Of a DNA stretch of 64,000 nucleotides, positions 1 to 10,917 are shown piece by piece. Position 1 is the first letter of the stretch. Each line of letters starts with the position of its first letter. The notes under the pieces are model-generated. The model was not told the DNA's origin. It did not search any database and worked only from the letters and a program-made list of their open reading frames with translations. Position numbers and translations under genes: made by a program. Origin of the DNA: Tubulanus polymorphus (taxonomy: Eukaryota > Animalia > Nemertea); contig NC_134031.1 of assembly GCF_964204645.1 (NCBI RefSeq), positions 11,162,088 through 11,226,087 on the forward strand, given 5' to 3'.

Positions 1-615
1 TCAAAGCTATTGATGTATAATTTTTATTATAATGTTTTACAACCTCATTTTGGGGAAAAACACATAGAAATTCTATACTTTGATACTGACAGTTATATAT
101 TAAAGATAAAAACTGATAACATAACAGATGATTTAAAAACATTAAAACATCATTTTGATTTCAGTAACTATCCTAAAAATCATGAATTGTTTACCAATGA
201 TAATAAAAAAGTTCCCGGTAAATTCAAAGATGAATTAGGAGGTGAAGAAATGATTGAATTCATTGGTATTAGATCTAAAATGTATAGTTATAAAACTTAA
301 ACTCATGAATCAAAGAAATTGAAAGGAATTACCAAAAGCGTTGTTGAAAAGAATATTCATTTCAAAGATTACATCAATTGTATATTTAATGAAGAAGTTA
401 GAAAACATAAGATGAAATGTTTAAGATCTGAAGATCATGAAATGTATATTGAAGAGATAGAGAAGATAAGTCTAAACCCATTTGATGATAAAAGATATAT
501 TTTAGATGATGGAATCCACACAGTTGCATATGGTTGCAATTTAGATGAATATATAAAATTCAAAAGAGAAGAAACAAAATAAAATGAGATTATGAAAAGG
601 ATTCTAGCGTGTTAA
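1..615 (+). pseudogene. Protein-primed family B DNA polymerase, C-terminal part, with in-frame stops
   Basis: YFDTDS, PGKFKDE, KMYSY, KGI and DDKR motifs; stops at 298-300 and 580-582 are absent from the copy C homologue (51465-53138). Confidence 0.93.
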
Positions 616-643
616 TCAATTTCAATAAAAATTTGTATAATAA

Positions 644-985
644 ATGGAGAGTAAACAAGTACACAGTGAATTCTTAGATAGAATTAAAGATACTTCAAGC
701 GTCAAATCTGTAGATTATAAATTTAAAAAACTAACTGAGTTAACAATTCACAAGAAATATTTAATTACTAACATTGAAACAATTACTAATAAATATGGAG
801 ATAAATTAGTAATTCATTTAGAATATGAAGGATTAAAAGGAAATAAATATAAATTCAGAACTTATTTACCAGATAGATTTCATAGATTATCAAGTGAAGA
901 TCTAGAAGAATTATGTTCTGGAGATTTCTATTTCGTATACAAAGGTAAGAATGAAAAAGGTCACCATGAAATAGATTTCGAATAA
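644..985 (+). CDS. Conserved Polinton accessory protein (possible small beta-rich/OB-like fold)
   Basis: 113 aa ORF; intact homologue at 53168-53521; fold is a guess. Confidence 0.6.
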   Translation: MESKQVHSEFLDRIKDTSSVKSVDYKFKKLTELTIHKKYLITNIETITNKYGDKLVIHLEYEGLKGNKYKFRTYLPDRFHRLSSEDLEELCSGDFYFVYKGKNEKGHHEIDFE

Positions 986-1002
986 GAAAATATGTAAAAT
1001 AA

Positions 1003-1758
1003 ATGGTAGAATTAAAAGAATACAGAATATTTGTAGATTCTAGAAGGCTTACAAATTATAAATCTCATAATTTACTAGTACAATTAGATAGAGAATTTAA
1101 GAATTGTGTTGATTTAAAATTAGTAAATATAAGTTTATGTAATTCTTTTTATAATATATCGGATAAAACTTTTGAACATAGAGGGTTTATGATTTATATG
1201 AGAAATAAAGATAAATGGTTTCATATATTTTTAAAACCAGGATTATATAATTTAGAATCATTAGCGCAGGAAATTAATAGAAGAGCTCGGTTGAAAATCG
1301 GGGGCACTTCTGTATTTGAAATTAGATTTAATAAAATTGATAGTACTAATAAAATAAGAATAAAGATATCTAATGAACAACATAAATTTATGGTAAACAA
1401 ACCACTGGCTAAAATGTTAGGAATTAAACCGCTTACAGTTACTGGAAACGCAGAAGGTAGCTCAAATATAATACCTTTTACACACTTTTATATTTATTGC
1501 AATTTAATCGAGCCTACAAAAACTTTCGAAGCAACTAAAGAAACAATTTGTAATTCAAGTATACTAAATATTTTACCGCTAAAAAATGTTAAACAATTTG
1601 GAACTCAAATAAATTATAATTTAACAGAATGTGATTTTAAACCATGCATTCATAAATTTAGTAATTTTAAATTAGAAATAAGAAATCATAATGGATACTT
1701 AATTGATTTAAATAACTTTCCTGTGATATATGAATTAGTTATAAGATGTAGAGAGTAA
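1003..1758 (+). CDS. Putative minor capsid (penton-like single jelly-roll) protein
   Basis: IFVDSR N-terminus, PGLYN motif and C-terminal FKLEIRNHNGYLIDLN pattern typical of Polinton minor capsid proteins; homologue at 53539-54297. Confidence 0.7.
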   Translation: MVELKEYRIFVDSRRLTNYKSHNLLVQLDREFKNCVDLKLVNISLCNSFYNISDKTFEHRGFMIYMRNKDKWFHIFLKPGLYNLESLAQEINRRARLKIGGTSVFEIRFNKIDSTNKIRIKISNEQHKFMVNKPLAKMLGIKPLTVTGNAEGSSNIIPFTHFYIYCNLIEPTKTFEATKETICNSSILNILPLKNVKQFGTQINYNLTECDFKPCIHKFSNFKLEIRNHNGYLIDLNNFPVIYELVIRCRE

Positions 1759-1774
1759 TTTTTTCACTATATAA

Positions 1775-2122
1775 ATGAATATAACTGTCGGACCGAGTAT
1801 ATGTTTTGGATTTGATTTTAAACGTGAGAAAGAAATGAAATTTAACGTTAATGATGTAATTACACATATTAAAAATATTGCATTTTCTAATGAAACAACA
1901 TTTGAGTATGAAACAACAATTGATAAAGAAACTTTTAATGTAGAAAAGATTACTGAGTCTTTAAGATTTTACGAATTAGATGAAGATTTTATCATATATG
2001 ATATTAAAAACATATTATCCAAAATATATGATAATCATAAAACTAGTAATAAAATAAATGTTGAATTAATCATCACTAAGATAACTAAATATTTTGAAGA
2101 TAGTAATTTTTTTGATAAATAA
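1775..2122 (+). CDS. Polinton hypothetical protein
   Basis: 115 aa ORF; diverged, frameshifted homologue at 54314-54651. Confidence 0.55.
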   Translation: MNITVGPSICFGFDFKREKEMKFNVNDVITHIKNIAFSNETTFEYETTIDKETFNVEKITESLRFYELDEDFIIYDIKNILSKIYDNHKTSNKINVELIITKITKYFEDSNFFDK

Positions 2123-2344
2123 ATGAGTGATAATAAGTGGATAATAACTGGATTATATAATGGAGCATTACTATCAGTTGGAAGTGTTGGTTATTCAATG
2201 GTATTAAAAAAAGTATTCAAAATGGGAAGTGTTAATGTTGATAGATTTGATATAAATGATATTTTAAAGTTAACATTAGCAGTTACTTTATCTAATTTAA
2301 CAATTGATTATTTGGAAAAACAAAAATATATTCCTCCCATATAA
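2123..2344 (+). CDS. Small putative membrane protein
   Basis: 73 aa, two hydrophobic stretches; differs from 54652-54873 by one residue. Confidence 0.7.
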   Translation: MSDNKWIITGLYNGALLSVGSVGYSMVLKKVFKMGSVNVDRFDINDILKLTLAVTLSNLTIDYLEKQKYIPPI

Positions 2345-2368
2345 ATACATAATTTTTTTGCTAAATAA

Positions 2369-2791
2369 ATGGCTTCTGCAATTATAACTATTATAGGATC
2401 GGCAATTGTTAACGCTTTAGCATTTACTGGTGGTGGTTATTTATTTAAACATATTGATAAAAATAGTTCATTAGGAGAACAAAGAAGACATAACTTAGCG
2501 TTAGAGAAATACAATAAAGCTGCAGAAGAATATAGAGAAAAGAGGCAAAACTATATGGATTATATTAACAAAGAATTATATGATCAGAAGATTTCACATA
2601 GAGATTTTCAATCAGTTGATGATGCAATGAGTTTATATAACGCAGTAACCAATAAAGAAAAATTACATCTATAACAACCTAAATTATCAGATTATTATAC
2701 CCCAAGTAAAGAACAACAGAAATATGAAATAATTTGGATTTTAGGTGGAACTGTTATTGTTATATTTGTTGCTTATAAATTTACTAATTAG
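2369..2791 (+). pseudogene. Protein with hydrophobic N- and C-termini and central coiled coil; premature stop
   Basis: Stop at 2672-2674; intact 140 aa homologue at 54898-55320. Confidence 0.8.
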
Positions 2792-2810
2792 TAATTTTTA
2801 TTCTAAATAA

Positions 2811-3245
2811 ATGGAAGATAAAGTTGATAGTATTGATATTATTCCTCATGATATAAATAAAACTAAATTAAAAACATATTTAGAAAAACAGATATTAGAA
2901 TTTGAAAGTGACTTAAAGATAAAAAAGAAAAAATATCTAAAAAGTAAAATTATATATTATTTGATTATAAGTGGTTCGGTTACAATTAGTTCTGTAATAA
3001 CATTTCTAGCAATATTCAGTCCATTAACACCTTTAGCTATATCAATTGGTGTGTTAGGATTAAGTTCAAGTGTTTTAACTGGTATAAGTTCAAAATTAAA
3101 TATAAAAAGTAATAAAGAAAAAATAAAATCTAATATAAAAGAAATTAATAAATTAAAGAATACACTAGATTATATAATAAGTTTAAATGGTCATATAACA
3201 GTTGAAGAACAAGATAAATTATTAAAAGAATTAATAAATTATTAA
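2811..3245 (+). CDS. Two-transmembrane protein flanked by coiled coils
   Basis: 144 aa with paired hydrophobic helices; disrupted homologue from 55340. Confidence 0.65.
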   Translation: MEDKVDSIDIIPHDINKTKLKTYLEKQILEFESDLKIKKKKYLKSKIIYYLIISGSVTISSVITFLAIFSPLTPLAISIGVLGLSSSVLTGISSKLNIKSNKEKIKSNIKEINKLKNTLDYIISLNGHITVEEQDKLLKELINY

Positions 3246-3261
3246 TTTTTTAGTTATATAA

Positions 3262-4350
3262 ATGGGGTTTCCAAAAGCTTTCCAATATAATAAATCAATT
3301 AAATATAATATTCCAGCAATAGATTTTAATAAAGATATTACATATAGAAATGAAGTTTTAAATTCATTAATTGATTTATATATTTATGTTACTGAAACTA
3401 ATAATTTTAATGCAAAGATGGAAAATATATTTCATGTATATTTAATTAATTTTAAAAAATTGAAAGATGAAAAACAATGGTTAGTAAAATCTAATATGAA
3501 GTATTGGCAGAATCAATTAAATTTTGCTGTTTATTGTGCAACAACAGGTTGTGGAATTAGTTGGAATGATCATTTAAATAACTTAGATAAAAATTTAAAG
3601 TATTCTGATTTAAAATTAATTCACACAATATTTAGATTTCACACATATTTTCAAATCAGAATAATATTAAATGAATTAGAATGTCCTTTACCCGGGTCTA
3701 AATATTTTAAAGAATTAGATAATAATATTAATATATCCAAGTTTTATAAAATATGTAATGAATTTAATATAAATATTAATTCCGATTTCAGAGCGCATGG
3801 TAAATTGCAAGGTGTTGGTGAAGAGTATGAAATAAAAAGAATTGATTATATGCATAGAATTTCAGCTTATCATAATTATAAAATTGATAATAATAATGGT
3901 TGGGTTAATTTCATTTTAGAAAATGGTGAAGGTTTTACAAAATCAGGTATACAAAGAATAAATCAATCTATTAGAATTCATTTAATATGTATTTTAGGCG
4001 CCCAAGTTGAAACAAGATCCCCAATAATTGGAAATGATAACACTTCATTCGATGCGCAGAAACAGTTTAAAGTTTTATTTGAAGATTCCATACATGATGA
4101 TAAAAATAGATCGATTCCAGAAAACATTATAAGATATCAAAATTATTTAGATAAATCTCATGTAAGACTTAATTATTGTATAGGCCCTAATCTATTAATT
4201 ATTTCTAATGATTTAGTATTAAAGATGGGAAACATAATTGGTTATAATAATCTAATTAAAACCGCAACAATAAATAATTCATTTGGGTTAAATGATATAA
4301 ATAAAAAGATTATTACTGCTCCAAAATTAATGGAAGGTGAAATCAACTGA
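3262..4350 (+). CDS. Conserved Polinton hypothetical protein (QLNFAVYCATTGCGIS motif); probably continued by 4337-4546
   Basis: 362 aa ORF; disrupted homologue ~55757-57071 has extra sequence at the 4337-4350 junction, so the split may be a deletion in copy A. Confidence 0.7.
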   Translation: MGFPKAFQYNKSIKYNIPAIDFNKDITYRNEVLNSLIDLYIYVTETNNFNAKMENIFHVYLINFKKLKDEKQWLVKSNMKYWQNQLNFAVYCATTGCGISWNDHLNNLDKNLKYSDLKLIHTIFRFHTYFQIRIILNELECPLPGSKYFKELDNNINISKFYKICNEFNININSDFRAHGKLQGVGEEYEIKRIDYMHRISAYHNYKIDNNNGWVNFILENGEGFTKSGIQRINQSIRIHLICILGAQVETRSPIIGNDNTSFDAQKQFKVLFEDSIHDDKNRSIPENIIRYQNYLDKSHVRLNYCIGPNLLIISNDLVLKMGNIIGYNNLIKTATINNSFGLNDINKKIITAPKLMEGEIN

Positions 4351-4546
4351 AACTAAAACTAAGAATATTAAATTAAATAATGATTCTAAAATAAAAGATT
4401 ACAATACATCAGAAAATAATAGAACCGATATTATTCAACATGATATAATTAAACTAAATGATGATAATAAATCCCATGAAAATACTAAATTAGCTATAAC
4501 TTGTATAGGAATTGTAATCGGAGGAATATTATATTTTAAATTTTAA
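4337..4546 (+). CDS. Short ORF with C-terminal transmembrane helix (likely C-terminus of the preceding gene)
   Basis: LAITCIGIVIGGILYF; homologous sequence at ~56870-57071. Confidence 0.5.
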   Translation: MKSTETKTKNIKLNNDSKIKDYNTSENNRTDIIQHDIIKLNDDNKSHENTKLAITCIGIVIGGILYFKF

Positions 4547-4562
4547 TTTTTTTATTATGTAA

Positions 4563-6047
4563 ATGGCAGAAGGTGTAGAAAATATTCCATTTGATGACAT
4601 GGGAAATAATAATGAAGGATATATTGATGATGATTATAATGATGCAGAAACTAATATTGATAATGATGATGAATCAGCATATAATTCTAATTTAACAAGA
4701 CCTGATACTAATGATTTTGTTAAAAATGCACGTTCAAAGATAAGTACTGAAAATGAAGTACCAGAATTAACAGGAAAAGAATACGAATATAATGAAATTA
4801 TTCATGAAATTAAACCAATTTTAAAAAAATCTGGAATTTTAATCAATGATGAAGGTGCCAACCTTTTAGCGCCAGATTTAAAATATTTTAATGGTGAATA
4901 TTATTATCATTTGGAAGGAGATTATTATATTAAGATCACTTATAAAAATAGATTATTAGCAGAATCAACTTTGATGAGGGTAGAACTATCTTAAATTAAA
5001 AGAATAAGTAATAGTAATGAAATAACTGATGTTACACAAGAAGAAAGAGATGAAAATTTTATAAGATTTAAAAATAATGTTGCTAGGTTATTTAAAACAA
5101 TCAAAAATAATCTAGTAACATATGAAGAGTTTAGAGATCGATTAGATAAATTAGGTAAATCAGAAACAGAAACAACTTCTGAACAGAATATAACTTCCAA
5201 AACTAGTAAACTTAAATCAAACACTGAAGTTCAAACTGAAAAACTTTTACCGAATGGATTACTTGATGCAACAGATCAAGAAATAGAAGCTTTAAGTATG
5301 TTTTCTAAAAAAACAATTAGAGAAATAATAAGTATACGAAATGATGCCGATAAAATTGCTCGCGAAAAACATATTAGATATAATAAAATTAAACCTTTAG
5401 AAAATAAATTATTTGACACCAGAAAAGAATTAGAACAATTAAAATTAGATAGAGAATTTAAAGTTATTGAAGAAATTGAATTTAAAAAAAGAAATGCATA
5501 TTTAGAAAAAGAAATTGATGATTTAGAATATAACATAGAATTTCAGAAAGAAAAAATGAAATTATTATTAAAATCATACGATTATTGTATCAATAGATTA
5601 AAAGTTGTTGTTAAAGAGTTAATACTAAAACCAAATTCTGACATATCACTAAAAGATAAAATAAAATTATTATTTAAGTTAGAAGGAATAACAATTCTTT
5701 CAATTCTAACAGCTGTAACTATGTTATTCACAACAATAGGTTTAGCTCTATCAAATTCACTGAAATCTACTCCTACTCCCAATAAACCAGATAAACCTCC
5801 AGGTAATAATTCTATACAAGATAAAGTTAAGGATGGTTTAAAGAAATTAGCAAAATATTTATGGGAACTATCAACGAAATCTGCTGCAGCTTTACCAGGA
5901 GTTATTGCTTTAATTGTTGGTTTTATATTGAAATCTGCAGGAAACATTATTAACTTTGCTGCTGAACATATTATTTTATTTTTAATTACAGTTGTAAGTG
6001 CTATTATTTTTGGTTTAGTAAATATGATATCAAAAAATATCAAGTAA
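4563..6047 (+). pseudogene. Large acidic/coiled-coil protein with C-terminal hydrophobic helices; one premature stop
   Basis: ORFs 4563-4994 and 5298-6047 share a frame; copy C ORF 57118-57900 reads through the position of the 4992-4994 stop. Confidence 0.75.
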
Positions 6048-6088
6048 ACCATGATAAAAAATTAATTATTTATTTTTTTGTTAAATAA

Positions 6089-7336
6089 ATGAGTGGGAGT
6101 TATATAAGTCCTTCGAAGAATCATAGAATATCTAATGCTATTAAAGCAGAAAGATCACATCATATAATTACTCATAACCCTTCAAATATTAATCCCGATG
6201 AAACTTTATATGTTAGAATCCCTCGATTAACACAAAATACTTTTTATGTTCCAAATAGTATTTATTTATCGGCTGATATAAAAGTAATCGGTAATAATAA
6301 TAATTATGTTGTTGATAATGTTGGAAGATATTTGATTAAAAAGTTAACAATAAAGATTGGTCCAGAAACAGTTTTCTCATTAGATGATTATAATTTATTT
6401 TCACATTATAAAGATTTATGGTTAACTAAAGAAAATAGAAATAATATGATATTTCAAGGAATTCAATCAGAAAACCAAAATAAATTAAGATCAGAAGCTA
6501 ATAGCGCAATATTAACTAATGATGTAGATAAATTGATAAAAAGTATATATGGAAGCAAATATAAAATTCCATTAGACTTTGAATTGATAAATAATAATGC
6601 ACCTTTATATAAATACGCAATTCAAGAAGATATTATATTTGAGATAACATTTGCTCCTGTAAATGAAATTGTATTATCTAGCGTTAATAAAGATATGAGT
6701 TATAAATTATCGAATATATGTTTAGAATATGATACAGTAACTGATGAAAATATTTCAAGTATAATTCAAACTAAATATAATCAAGGGTTTTCATTATTAT
6801 ATGATTATATTGATAAATTTAAAACTGTAACTATTAATGCAAATGATGAAATAATTTATGAGAATATTAACTTTCCTAGAAGATCTATTAAAGGTATATT
6901 AATATTTTTTACCATTGGAACGTATACTAATGGTGCAATAAATGTTGATAATTATTATAATCCTGAAATAACAAAAGTAGAAATAACTATTGAAGGTATA
7001 GCAAATAAAATATTTTGTCAAGGAATGAGAATGATTGATCAATGGCCAGAAATTAGAAAACATTTTATGAATGAAAAAGTAAAATCATTTGAAAATTGTA
7101 ATATTAATCAAATTGATTATTATACCGGTAATAAATATGCATTATGGTTAGATTTTAGAACAACTGAAGATAATTCATTACATGGTTCTGGAAAAAAACT
7201 ACAAAATACAAAAGATGGAATACAATTATTCATGACAAAGAAAAAGGGAATCAAAAATTTTAAAATGCATATTTATATTATATCTGACGCGCAATTAAAT
7301 ATTGTAAATTCACAATTAGAAAGTGTTATGTATTAA
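6089..7336 (+). CDS. Putative major capsid protein (double jelly-roll)
   Basis: 415 aa, beta-rich; THNPS..LYVRIP, YKLSNICLEYD, YALWLDFR and C-terminal HIYIISDAQLNI motifs resemble invertebrate Polinton-like MCPs; size and position fit. Confidence 0.78.
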   Translation: MSGSYISPSKNHRISNAIKAERSHHIITHNPSNINPDETLYVRIPRLTQNTFYVPNSIYLSADIKVIGNNNNYVVDNVGRYLIKKLTIKIGPETVFSLDDYNLFSHYKDLWLTKENRNNMIFQGIQSENQNKLRSEANSAILTNDVDKLIKSIYGSKYKIPLDFELINNNAPLYKYAIQEDIIFEITFAPVNEIVLSSVNKDMSYKLSNICLEYDTVTDENISSIIQTKYNQGFSLLYDYIDKFKTVTINANDEIIYENINFPRRSIKGILIFFTIGTYTNGAINVDNYYNPEITKVEITIEGIANKIFCQGMRMIDQWPEIRKHFMNEKVKSFENCNINQIDYYTGNKYALWLDFRTTEDNSLHGSGKKLQNTKDGIQLFMTKKKGIKNFKMHIYIISDAQLNIVNSQLESVMY

Positions 7337-7407
7337 GATTTTAACTTTAATAAAAAATCTTATATTAAATTGAAGGTGGAATATATGAAATACAATCTCC
7401 AAGTGAA

Positions 7408-8424
7408 ATGATATCAGATATATATTATATATTACCTTATGATGAATACAGTAAGTATTTTGGAGATTACTTTAATCAATTCAAATATAGAATAAGTAAA
7501 ATAGATAAGAATATTGAAACAAAAATAGAAGATAATATTGAACCTAAAATAGAAGATAAGAATGATATTGAATATAAAATAGAAGATGATATTGAATCTA
7601 AAATAGAAGATAATGTTATACCTTCTACATCGAATGATGATAAGATTGAAACAAAAATAGAATATAATATTGAACCTAAAATAGAAAAATCAAATGTTCA
7701 ACCAAAAGATAACATCAGATGTATGTATTGTGAAGAAGATTTTGATAATTATAATGATTATTTATTACACATCAAAAAAGATGAACATATTTTACAATTA
7801 GTAAAAACATATGCCAATATATATAAAGATAAATGCAAAGAGGATCAGAATTATTGTGCCTTCTGTAATGAATGTATAACAAAGGCTAATTGGGCAAAAC
7901 ATTATAAATTAAAAACAAAAGGTGGAAATGATTCAGCCCATGCAATACAAGTATTTAAATCTTGGTGTGAAAAATGTAAAGAATATGTAATATATGATAA
8001 ACAATTGAATCATAAATACTCAATTAAACATATTGGTACAGATAATGTAATAGAAAATCCAACAGTTATAAATCCAAAATTTAATAATAAGAATATATTA
8101 GATTATCGGTGGTATAGAAAAACATTTATAGATTATTTATTGAGTAATGATATAGTTACCATATTGAAAAAGTTAGATAACTTTAAACCAAATGTTACTT
8201 ATGCAATGAACTTATTTGAACTTAAATATGATGATTTTAGAGAATTTTTAAATAAACATCCATCTAAAACTGAAATCGAAAATTATATTCCAAAAATATT
8301 TTCAAGAAAAACATTCAATATATATAAACTCGGGAATCATTTAGGACCTATACCAATGAAAATGCAAAGGAATTTATGGTTAGAATACAATAAGCTTAAA
8401 GAAAAATATGAAAATGAAAATTAA
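7408..8424 (+). CDS. C2H2-type zinc-finger protein with acidic IEPKIED-like repeats
   Basis: Three CxxC...H..H units (CMYC, CAFC, CEKC); low-complexity repeats at ~7500-7690. Confidence 0.65.
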   Translation: MISDIYYILPYDEYSKYFGDYFNQFKYRISKIDKNIETKIEDNIEPKIEDKNDIEYKIEDDIESKIEDNVIPSTSNDDKIETKIEYNIEPKIEKSNVQPKDNIRCMYCEEDFDNYNDYLLHIKKDEHILQLVKTYANIYKDKCKEDQNYCAFCNECITKANWAKHYKLKTKGGNDSAHAIQVFKSWCEKCKEYVIYDKQLNHKYSIKHIGTDNVIENPTVINPKFNNKNILDYRWYRKTFIDYLLSNDIVTILKKLDNFKPNVTYAMNLFELKYDDFREFLNKHPSKTEIENYIPKIFSRKTFNIYKLGNHLGPIPMKMQRNLWLEYNKLKEKYENEN

Positions 8425-8428
8425 AAAG

Positions 8429-8806
8429 ATTATAGAATTCACTGTATATTGATGGATGAATGGATGAGTTGGATGAGTTGGATGAGTTGGATGAGTGGAA
8501 GAGTGGATGAGTGTAATAATATATATATTTTACTTTTTAACACATAAATTGGAAGAATAGTATGAGTATAAATATAATATTTATATTCTTTATCAAATTT
8601 AACACAATATATATATATTATTAAAATAACATTTAAATATAATATAAAATTGATAAAATAACTTCAAATCAAACTCTTACTGTTTTAAAAATAAAAAACA
8701 TATGTAAATTATATATTATTATACTCATCCATTCATCCACTCTTCCAATTCATCCAATTCATCCAATTCATCCACTCATCCATCAGTATACAGTGAATTC
8801 TATAAT
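8429..8806. repeat. Long inverted repeat between convergent gene blocks, with TGGATGA(G/A)(T) tandem units in the arms
   Basis: attatagaattcactgtata...tatacagtgaattctataat; ~105 bp arms around an AT-rich spacer. Confidence 0.9.
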
Positions 8807-8822
8807 ATTTTGAATTAGGATT

Positions 8823-9437
8823 TTATTTTATAAATTTATATTCATAGGGAAATTGTAATCTCATTAATAATTTTGAACCTTTATTATTCTTTAATTTATT
8901 CATATATTCATCATGTAATTCAGGAGGTATAATTTGATTTTCTTCTAATGATTGTTGCATAGATTTTCTATCTTTGTTGTAGAATAAAACTAGAAATCTT
9001 ATATTCTCTCTAAAATCTTTCACAATTGAATTATATTTCTGATTTAAAACCCAAGTTGTTATCCCAAAATGTCTACCAGAGAAAGCTAAATAACATAACT
9101 CACTTTCTCTAATTTTAGAATCATGTAAATTTGCGCAATCATCAATAATAAATAATGTATTAGATCCTTTATAAATATCTAATGCAATTTTTATACAATT
9201 ATCTAAATTTTCTTTTACTGTTTTAGAATTTAATATAATAAACTTTTTATCTTTAAAAACTATATCTCTATTATACGTTTCATTCATTTCATAAGTTGGG
9301 CAGAATAATATTATATTATCAAAATGATTCTTATAAATAGTTTCGAATAAATATAATATGAAGTGTGTTTTACCACAATTTGTAACTCCAGTAACTAACA
9401 TATTATGAGGTTCAAATATAAACAAATCTTTATTCAT
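8823..9437 (-). CDS. A32/FtsK-like DNA packaging ATPase
   Basis: Walker A GVTNCGKT, Walker B LFIIDD, GRH motif. Confidence 0.9.
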   Translation of the reverse strand: MNKDLFIFEPHNMLVTGVTNCGKTHFILYLFETIYKNHFDNIILFCPTYEMNETYNRDIVFKDKKFIILNSKTVKENLDNCIKIALDIYKGSNTLFIIDDCANLHDSKIRESELCYLAFSGRHFGITTWVLNQKYNSIVKDFRENIRFLVLFYNKDRKSMQQSLEENQIIPPELHDEYMNKLKNNKGSKLLMRLQFPYEYKFIK

Positions 9438-10518
9438 TTATTCTTTTAATTTTACTAGATAAAATCCATTCATTAAATTTATCATCATATCCTTTATATT
9501 TCACCAAAGAATACTTTTTTCCTTTAAGAGTTTTTGTTTTCGATACCTTTTCTATTTTGTATTCTATTTCATCTGGATTTGGTACTAATGATAATTCTTG
9601 TTCATAGAAATAACCTAATATTTCTTCATCTTTTAAATCTTCTAATTTATAAACAAATGGTTTAGTTAATATTATCTTTTTAATCTTAAATATTTCTTCA
9701 GTAAAATTAGGGGTATAACCTTTATAAAATGTTTTTCGATATTTAGAAATTCTAACATGTTGTCCTATTTTAAATTTAGGTTCTCCAAAATCATGTGTAA
9801 CAAATGCGCCATATAAATTATTCCAAACTATTTCTGAATTTTCTTCTTTTCTAGCTTGTATAGGTTTCATATTTATAGAACTATGTTTAGAATTATTATA
9901 ACCTTTAACTAAATCATCTAACACATCGATATATTTATATGTTTCATTAGCGGTGAAATATTTCCACATTCTAGTTTTCAATGTTTTATTAAATCTTTCT
10001 ATAACAGATGCTTTTTTATCTGAATGTGTTGAAAAATATTCTACATCGTTATCAGTTAATAGTTTTTTAAAATGTTTGTTATAAACTTCTTTACCTTCAT
10101 CAAATTGTATTTTATCTGGGATAGCTTCTTTAAATATTAATTTGAAAGAATTTGTAACTTCTATTCCAGTTTTATTTTTAATCGGGATACTCCATGCGTA
10201 TCTACTGAATATATCTATAACATTCAGTATCCAGAAATATCCTTTGTTGTATTCTTCTAAGTTCTTCATATCAATTAAATCTGCTTGCCATTGTTGGTCA
10301 ATATATGAAACCATTACTTTTCTTGTTAAATAAGTTTTATCCATCTTTTTATGAATTTGATATGTGGGTTGATTTTGTAACCATGATTTTAATTCACTAT
10401 ATTTTATATTGCTATTATCGGATTTAATTTTATTCCATAATTCCGAAACATTTGAATATGAAACTTCACTTTCTGGGTTGTAATATAACGCTCTTAAATA
10501 TTGTTCTTTTTTCATCAT
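9430..10518 (-). CDS. Retroviral-like (rve) integrase with C-terminal chromodomain
   Basis: WQADLID, IDIFSRYAW, FDEGKE, ERFNKTLK; chromodomain LVKYKGYDDKFNEW. Confidence 0.95.
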   Translation of the reverse strand: MMKKEQYLRALYYNPESEVSYSNVSELWNKIKSDNSNIKYSELKSWLQNQPTYQIHKKMDKTYLTRKVMVSYIDQQWQADLIDMKNLEEYNKGYFWILNVIDIFSRYAWSIPIKNKTGIEVTNSFKLIFKEAIPDKIQFDEGKEVYNKHFKKLLTDNDVEYFSTHSDKKASVIERFNKTLKTRMWKYFTANETYKYIDVLDDLVKGYNNSKHSSINMKPIQARKEENSEIVWNNLYGAFVTHDFGEPKFKIGQHVRISKYRKTFYKGYTPNFTEEIFKIKKIILTKPFVYKLEDLKDEEILGYFYEQELSLVPNPDEIEYKIEKVSKTKTLKGKKYSLVKYKGYDDKFNEWILSSKIKRINE

Positions 10519-10521
10519 ATT

Positions 10522-10917
10522 TTAATCCATTAATAATAATTTAGATTTAGTTTCAATGGTTTTATGATTTGACTTAATTTCTGGTATAATAGGTTTGTTG
10601 TCATTGGAATCATCTTTATCATCAGATTTGAATTTTGATTTATATATTACACCGGATAATATAATAAGTGTTACTAACCCAATTGTAATATATAATTTAT
10701 AATTACTTCCAGCATTAGAAGAATTAGATGGATTATTATTTGAATCAATACCACCGTGTGGGTGCTGTACGGCACCATCAGATAAAGTCTGTGATTCATT
10801 TATATCAGTTAATTTCTTTTTCTTAGCTTTTTTTAATTCTGATGATCTTTTACCTAATTCTCTTGCCCATTTAATTTGTTTCTCGGATCTAGCCTTTTTC
10901 TTAACGCCATCACTCAT
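10522..10917 (-). CDS. Basic N-terminus, single-transmembrane protein
   Basis: 131 aa; homologue at 37002-37412. Confidence 0.7.
   Translation of the reverse strand: MSDGVKKKARSEKQIKWARELGKRSSELKKAKKKKLTDINESQTLSDGAVQHPHGGIDSNNNPSNSSNAGSNYKLYITIGLVTLIILSGVIYKSKFKSDDKDDSNDNKPIIPEIKSNHKTIETKSKLLLMD

Noticed and set aside
4991-6052. Antisense ORFs here and over the IF exon 1, Gypsy and LINE regions
   Set aside because: Shadows of genuine coding frames on the opposite strand, with no motifs.
8440-8795. CACTA/CACTG transposon
   Set aside because: The inverted repeat extends beyond CACTG...CAGTG and there is no TSD.
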